Part shown: one piece after another, positions 60,491 through 64,000 of the stretch | Layout: each line of letters starts with the position of its first letter | Numbering within the stretch: the first letter of the stretch is position 1 | Origin: an uncultured Clostridia bacterium | Lineage (GTDB): Bacteria; Bacillota; Clostridia; Christensenellales; Borkfalkiaceae | Direction of reading: 5' to 3' | NCBI GenBank assembly: GCA_964503655.1 | Contig: CAZDAG010000007.1 | Coordinates: 7,713-71,712, forward strand | DNA: 64,000 bases | The notes under the pieces: model-generated | What the model was told of the DNA's origin: nothing | Database searches by the model: none | Seen by the model: only the letters and a program-made list of their open reading frames with translations | Made by a program: the position numbers and the translations under genes

Positions 60491-63400
60491 TTAATAATCT
60501 ATGCTGTCGTAGAAGCCGTCAACGTCGAAGTTCTCTTCCTCGTCGCGCGAGCGTCTTATAGCTCCGTTTTTGGTAGTATCAACCGTTGTTGTGGTTGTAA
60601 TTACCGCATCGGAAGGATATTTCGCTACGGGTTCCTGCTCCGCCTTCTGCGGCAGCTCGGGTACTTGCGTTGCTGCCGTTTCGCCGTTAGCCATATTCTT
60701 CAACGCCGCCGCAACGATTGCGCCAAGCGCCTCTATCGAATTAGGCTGACTGTAATCGGGCAAATTTGTATATCCCATTTTACCGTTGAAATGCTCGCGC
60801 ATTGCCGCGAGGTCTACGCTGTGACGCGAGTCGCGGTCTACGTGCTGTTCCGCGCGCATTGCAGCAAGCTCTATGCGCTGTTCCGCGTCATACCTTGCCC
60901 GCTGCTCCGCCTGCATTGCGTTGAGCTGCGCTTCAAGCCTTGCCAATGTCGGATCGCCGCCGTATTGCGGCATCATCGGCTGCTGATACATGGGATACTG
61001 CGTAGGCATTGCCTGATAGGTAGGCATCATAGGCGCCGGCATTGCCTGCTGCTGGTTATTCTGCATTGCCGCAAGTTTTTCCTGCGTTGCTTTATTATCT
61101 GCGCGGAGTTCAGCCATCTGCTCGCGCATTTCCTTTACGAAATCGTTATCAACCGTCTGCACCTGCTGTATGGGCGGCATTGCCTGTTGCGTAGGCTGCT
61201 GCGCCATTGCCATTGTCGCCATGCCTGCGCCTGCCATTCCGGCTTGCGCGCGGATCTTTTCAAGCTCGGCTTCCTGCTTCGCTCTTGCGAGTTCGCGCTC
61301 CGCTTCGAGTTTTTCGCGCTGCAATCGGCGTTCTTCTTCCAAACGCTCCTGCTGCAATCGGCGTTCTTCCTCTCTGCGTTGTCTTTCCTCTTCCTTGCGC
61401 GCCTTTTCCTCCTCTTTACGAGCCTTGATTTCCTCGCGCTGTTCTTTGGTCTTATGGCGTTTCTTTGCTACAACTATTATGATTATAAGCAATATAATCA
61501 ACGCCAAAGCTATTAACAGCCAAGCCCACACAGGAAGCCCTGCCACTATACGGGTCATAAAGCCTTTTATTGCGTTCAGCGCTACCGCCGCGCCGCTCTG
61601 CGGTACTTTGTAGGTCGCAAAGTCCGAAGTGGTCGTATTGCTGTCTTCAAACACGAAGTTATCTCTGTCCGCGCCGATAAGCTGCGCCTTTACGAAATAG
61701 GTCGAACCTGCCGTTAAGCTTTCGCCGTCGCCCAAAGGGCTGCTGTTTTTATCGGGATGATACAGATAGTTTATGTCTACGTCCAAACCGTCGGTAAGTT
61801 CTGCGGGAATGTTGTAAACCGCGCCCTCTTTACCTTTCAAATTCCAGCTCGAGGCTTTAAGCGCGTAAGGCGTTATCTTCCACTCGTAATTTGCCACGGT
61901 CTCGTCGCCTGAAACGCTGTAACTGCTGTCAGCAAGGCTGTACTTAACGACCGCTTTAACAGGCGTTACGCCCGAACCGTAGTCCCAGCAGTAGTTTGTA
62001 TCGGTAAGGGTCAGAGTTGCGGTGTATGCAACGTTTGCGTTTTTAACGCCGTCGTGCGTACCGCCGAGTTTGATTATATCTTTATAATCGTTCCAAGTAC
62101 CGCCCAGATAATCGGCTAAATTTACAAACTGATTATTGAAAGTAATTACGCCGACCGTAGGCACTGCTATCGCCTTGGGCTTTACGGTGAATTTCAGGGT
62201 AGCCCCGGGCGAAAGCGTGTAAGTTGCTTCGCCTGCATCATTGAGTACAATCTTGATAGTATAAATACCAACGCCTGCCGTAGCGCAATTATAGTCCTTT
62301 AAAAGCCCTAAATTGTTGCCCTGCGGGTCGATAATATAAATTCCTTCAACGTACGTGCTTTGGTCAAGCTGCGCGTTTACGCCCGTGTCAAGCATACTAA
62401 CTATGCCTAGTGCCAGTTTATTATCGCCGTAGTTCATTTCCGTTTCGGTCAATGAAACTTTAACGAGCGTATTGGTTGCGCCGAACTGGAACAGCATACA
62501 GTTAGTATAGTCGTTGCCGGTATTGTCTACGAGCTTATACTGCGTAACGCCGTCTTTCAGGACCGCTTCAACATATACGTAAACCGCGTTGGTCGAGCTT
62601 GCGTTGTAAGGCGCGCTGATAAGGTCTTGAAGGCCCGTATCGCCTTTGCCGATATAAGTACTCTTTATCGCAGGGTCGCCCGGATCCGCAATATAGTACT
62701 TGTATTCTATATACTGCTTTAAGTCATCGGCAACGTTTAAAACACGTATCTGATAAGGCACGCTGTTGCTGTCTACTACCGGCTCGGTTTGACCGTCTTT
62801 TATCCAGGTATCCGAAGTCCAGTCGACCTCAATATTTTTTGCGCCGATTTGCCAGGTGAACGACTTGTTTCCTTCGTTTTCGTAATTAGGGTCGTAGGTA
62901 AACTTAACCGTTGCTGTATAACTGCCTATTGCCGTTTGCTTGTCGTTTACCGTGACTTCCGCGGCGGTTATGCCTGCGGCGTACTTCGCGGGATCTAACC
63001 TTATTTCTATCGCGCCGTTGCCGTACTGCGGGGGATTTTCAGGGTCGTATTTGGTCCACGTGCCGCCCGCGGGTTTGTACTGTAAATACTGGTTGAGTTT
63101 TGCAAAATAATTAGGGTCCACCTTGCCCTTTTCTATCTTCCACTCTATCTCGTACCAACCCTTGGTATCGTCGCCGCCGAAGCTGCCCGAGTTATCCGCG
63201 CTCTTAAAAAGGTGGTCGCTATCCGAAATAAGCGCAATACGGGTTTTATAAGTTCCCACAGACGCACAGCCGTCTGTGACGGGCGTACCGCCGAACGTCG
63301 TATAAAAACCGTTATTAAAACCGTCCGAGTTATAGCTTGTGTCAACGCTTAAATATCCGCCCGACGGAATACTTGCCGAGATATAATATTTTATCTCATT

Positions 63401-64000
63401 ATCGTCGTCATCGAGTTTATAGCGAATATCCGCCTGCTGATTGCCGTTGTACAAAGGCGTTGCGTTGCCGCTGCCTTCTTTATAGGTCCAGTCGATTACG
63501 CTGAAATCTATTCCGCCGGACTTAATTTCAAACGGCATTTCAAACTTATCGTTTGCTATGCTGTAATTCTTGTTTGCCGCCGCCGAAGTCAGTTCTACGT
63601 AAAGGGTGTACTTGCCCGTACTTGCTATCTGCGATATGTCAAGTTTATTCTCGTCAGAATCCCAACCCGTTGTTATAGGAGAATTAGGCGCAGTATCAAG
63701 AACGTAATAAATACTCACCACAAAATCGGGATCGTTTATATCGGAAGCAGTTACCTCTACCGCTATACTGCCCTCTGCACCGAAATCCCAACTGGGATTA
63801 GTGTTCGACAAAGGCGCTGTATTTATATCTATTTGCTTTTTGTTTATGGTTATCGGCTTGCTTTGGTCTGCCGTCGTTCCGCTGCCCACGTCCCAAATAT
63901 GGTTAAGGCTATCCATATGGAATTTAACAGTGTAGGTTGCGGCATCCTTTGCATTGAATTTTTCCGCGCCTTTCGTATCGTCCCAGGTGATACTGCTACC
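60491..64000 (-). CDS. paralog of the giant surface protein, 5'-partial (continues beyond the window)
   Basis: The frame stays open upstream of the ORF-track ATG (63916) to position 64000 (...TVKFHMDSLNHIW). The TM helix (LPVWAWLLIALALIILLIIIIVV), ER/K-rich helix, AGMAGAGMA tract and C-terminal YPSDAVITTTTTVDTT...DGFYDSIDY match the 7324..13386 protein. Confidence 0.85.
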   Translation of the reverse strand, partial: GSSITWDDTKGAEKFNAKDAATYTVKFHMDSLNHIWDVGSGTTADQSKPITINKKQIDINTAPLSNTNPSWDFGAEGSIAVEVTASDINDPDFVVSIYYVLDTAPNSPITTGWDSDENKLDISQIASTGKYTLYVELTSAAANKNYSIANDKFEMPFEIKSGGIDFSVIDWTYKEGSGNATPLYNGNQQADIRYKLDDDDNEIKYYISASIPSGGYLSVDTSYNSDGFNNGFYTTFGGTPVTDGCASVGTYKTRIALISDSDHLFKSADNSGSFGGDDTKGWYEIEWKIEKGKVDPNYFAKLNQYLQYKPAGGTWTKYDPENPPQYGNGAIEIRLDPAKYAAGITAAEVTVNDKQTAIGSYTATVKFTYDPNYENEGNKSFTWQIGAKNIEVDWTSDTWIKDGQTEPVVDSNSVPYQIRVLNVADDLKQYIEYKYYIADPGDPAIKSTYIGKGDTGLQDLISAPYNASSTNAVYVYVEAVLKDGVTQYKLVDNTGNDYTNCMLFQFGATNTLVKVSLTETEMNYGDNKLALGIVSMLDTGVNAQLDQSTYVEGIYIIDPQGNNLGLLKDYNCATAGVGIYTIKIVLNDAGEATYTLSPGATLKFTVKPKAIAVPTVGVITFNNQFVNLADYLGGTWNDYKDIIKLGGTHDGVKNANVAYTATLTLTDTNYCWDYGSGVTPVKAVVKYSLADSSYSVSGDETVANYEWKITPYALKASSWNLKGKEGAVYNIPAELTDGLDVDINYLYHPDKNSSPLGDGESLTAGSTYFVKAQLIGADRDNFVFEDSNTTTSDFATYKVPQSGAAVALNAIKGFMTRIVAGLPVWAWLLIALALIILLIIIIVVAKKRHKTKEQREEIKARKEEEKARKEEERQRREEERRLQQERLEEERRLQREKLEAERELARAKQEAELEKIRAQAGMAGAGMATMAMAQQPTQQAMPPIQQVQTVDNDFVKEMREQMAELRADNKATQEKLAAMQNNQQQAMPAPMMPTYQAMPTQYPMYQQPMMPQYGGDPTLARLEAQLNAMQAEQRARYDAEQRIELAAMRAEQHVDRDSRHSVDLAAMREHFNGKMGYTNLPDYSQPNSIEALGAIVAAALKNMANGETAATQVPELPQKAEQEPVAKYPSDAVITTTTTVDTTKNGAIRRSRDEEENFDVDGFYDSIDY

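Noticed and set aside
1-64000. CRISPR arrays, rRNA genes, IS elements with terminal inverted repeats and transposases
   Set aside because: Reading through the window, I saw no regularly spaced 25-40-nt direct repeats with unique spacers, no rRNA-like sequence and no transposase-like ORF.

Overview
The window reads as a roughly 50% GC Firmicutes/Clostridia-like chromosome: GGAGG-type ribosome binding sites, DegV, KtrAB-like K+ uptake genes and yhaO/yhaN-like sbcCD. About 35 kb of horizontally acquired DNA is inserted at a tRNA-Gln(CUG) gene.

Core backbone, 1-25.6 kb:
- a partial sugar O-acetyltransferase gene;
- two small envelope proteins;
- a MarR-headed operon (MarR, DegV, Ntn amide hydrolase, Fe-alcohol dehydrogenase, aldehyde dehydrogenase);
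- a 2020-aa surface protein with a beta-helix, MBG-type repeats, one TM helix and a long cytoplasmic tail;
- galE, glmS and glmM;
- a TrkH/TrkA-type K+ uptake pair behind a roughly 300-nt structured leader;
- a small XRE gene, SbcC/SbcD-like genes and a cytidine deaminase.

The acquired DNA begins at tRNA-Gln (25616-25690). The 45-nt 3' part of the tRNA recurs perfectly at 41327-41371 and in degenerate form at 60333-60373. These repeats delimit two tandem islands.

Island 1 (25.7-41.4 kb) looks nested. It holds a large serine recombinase, an HUH rolling-circle Rep and a Dcm-type C5-methyltransferase with a PD-ExK nuclease. These sit next to a tyrosine-integrase element whose integrase is split by a frameshift in a homopolymer. 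That element also carries a cI/cro-like switch, an inovirus-like morphogenesis block (pIII-like, pVI-like, Zot/pI-like ATPase), a two-wHTH initiator and 22-bp iterons.

Island 2 (41.4-60.4 kb) is an integrative mobilizable element with a tyrosine integrase and a MobV relaxase. Its AT-rich cargo is the most interesting locus in the window: an eight-gene operon with the BREX type 4 core (BrxP PAPS-reductase-like, BrxC, PglZ, short BrxL-like ATPase). The operon is extended by a NifS/DndA-like cysteine desulfurase, a 66-aa Cys-rich protein, an 853-aa orphan protein and an XRE regulator. A Fic gene interrupted by an in-frame TAG follows it.

The window ends in a 5'-partial paralog of the large surface protein.

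Other notable signals:
- two genes (glmM and the relaxase) whose conserved N-termini can only be translated from ATA codons;
- a conserved roughly 50-nt element present in three unrelated 3' UTRs;
- duplicated terminator hairpins that bracket small gene cassettes.

All family assignments rest on motifs read by eye from the translations. No database search or computation was run.
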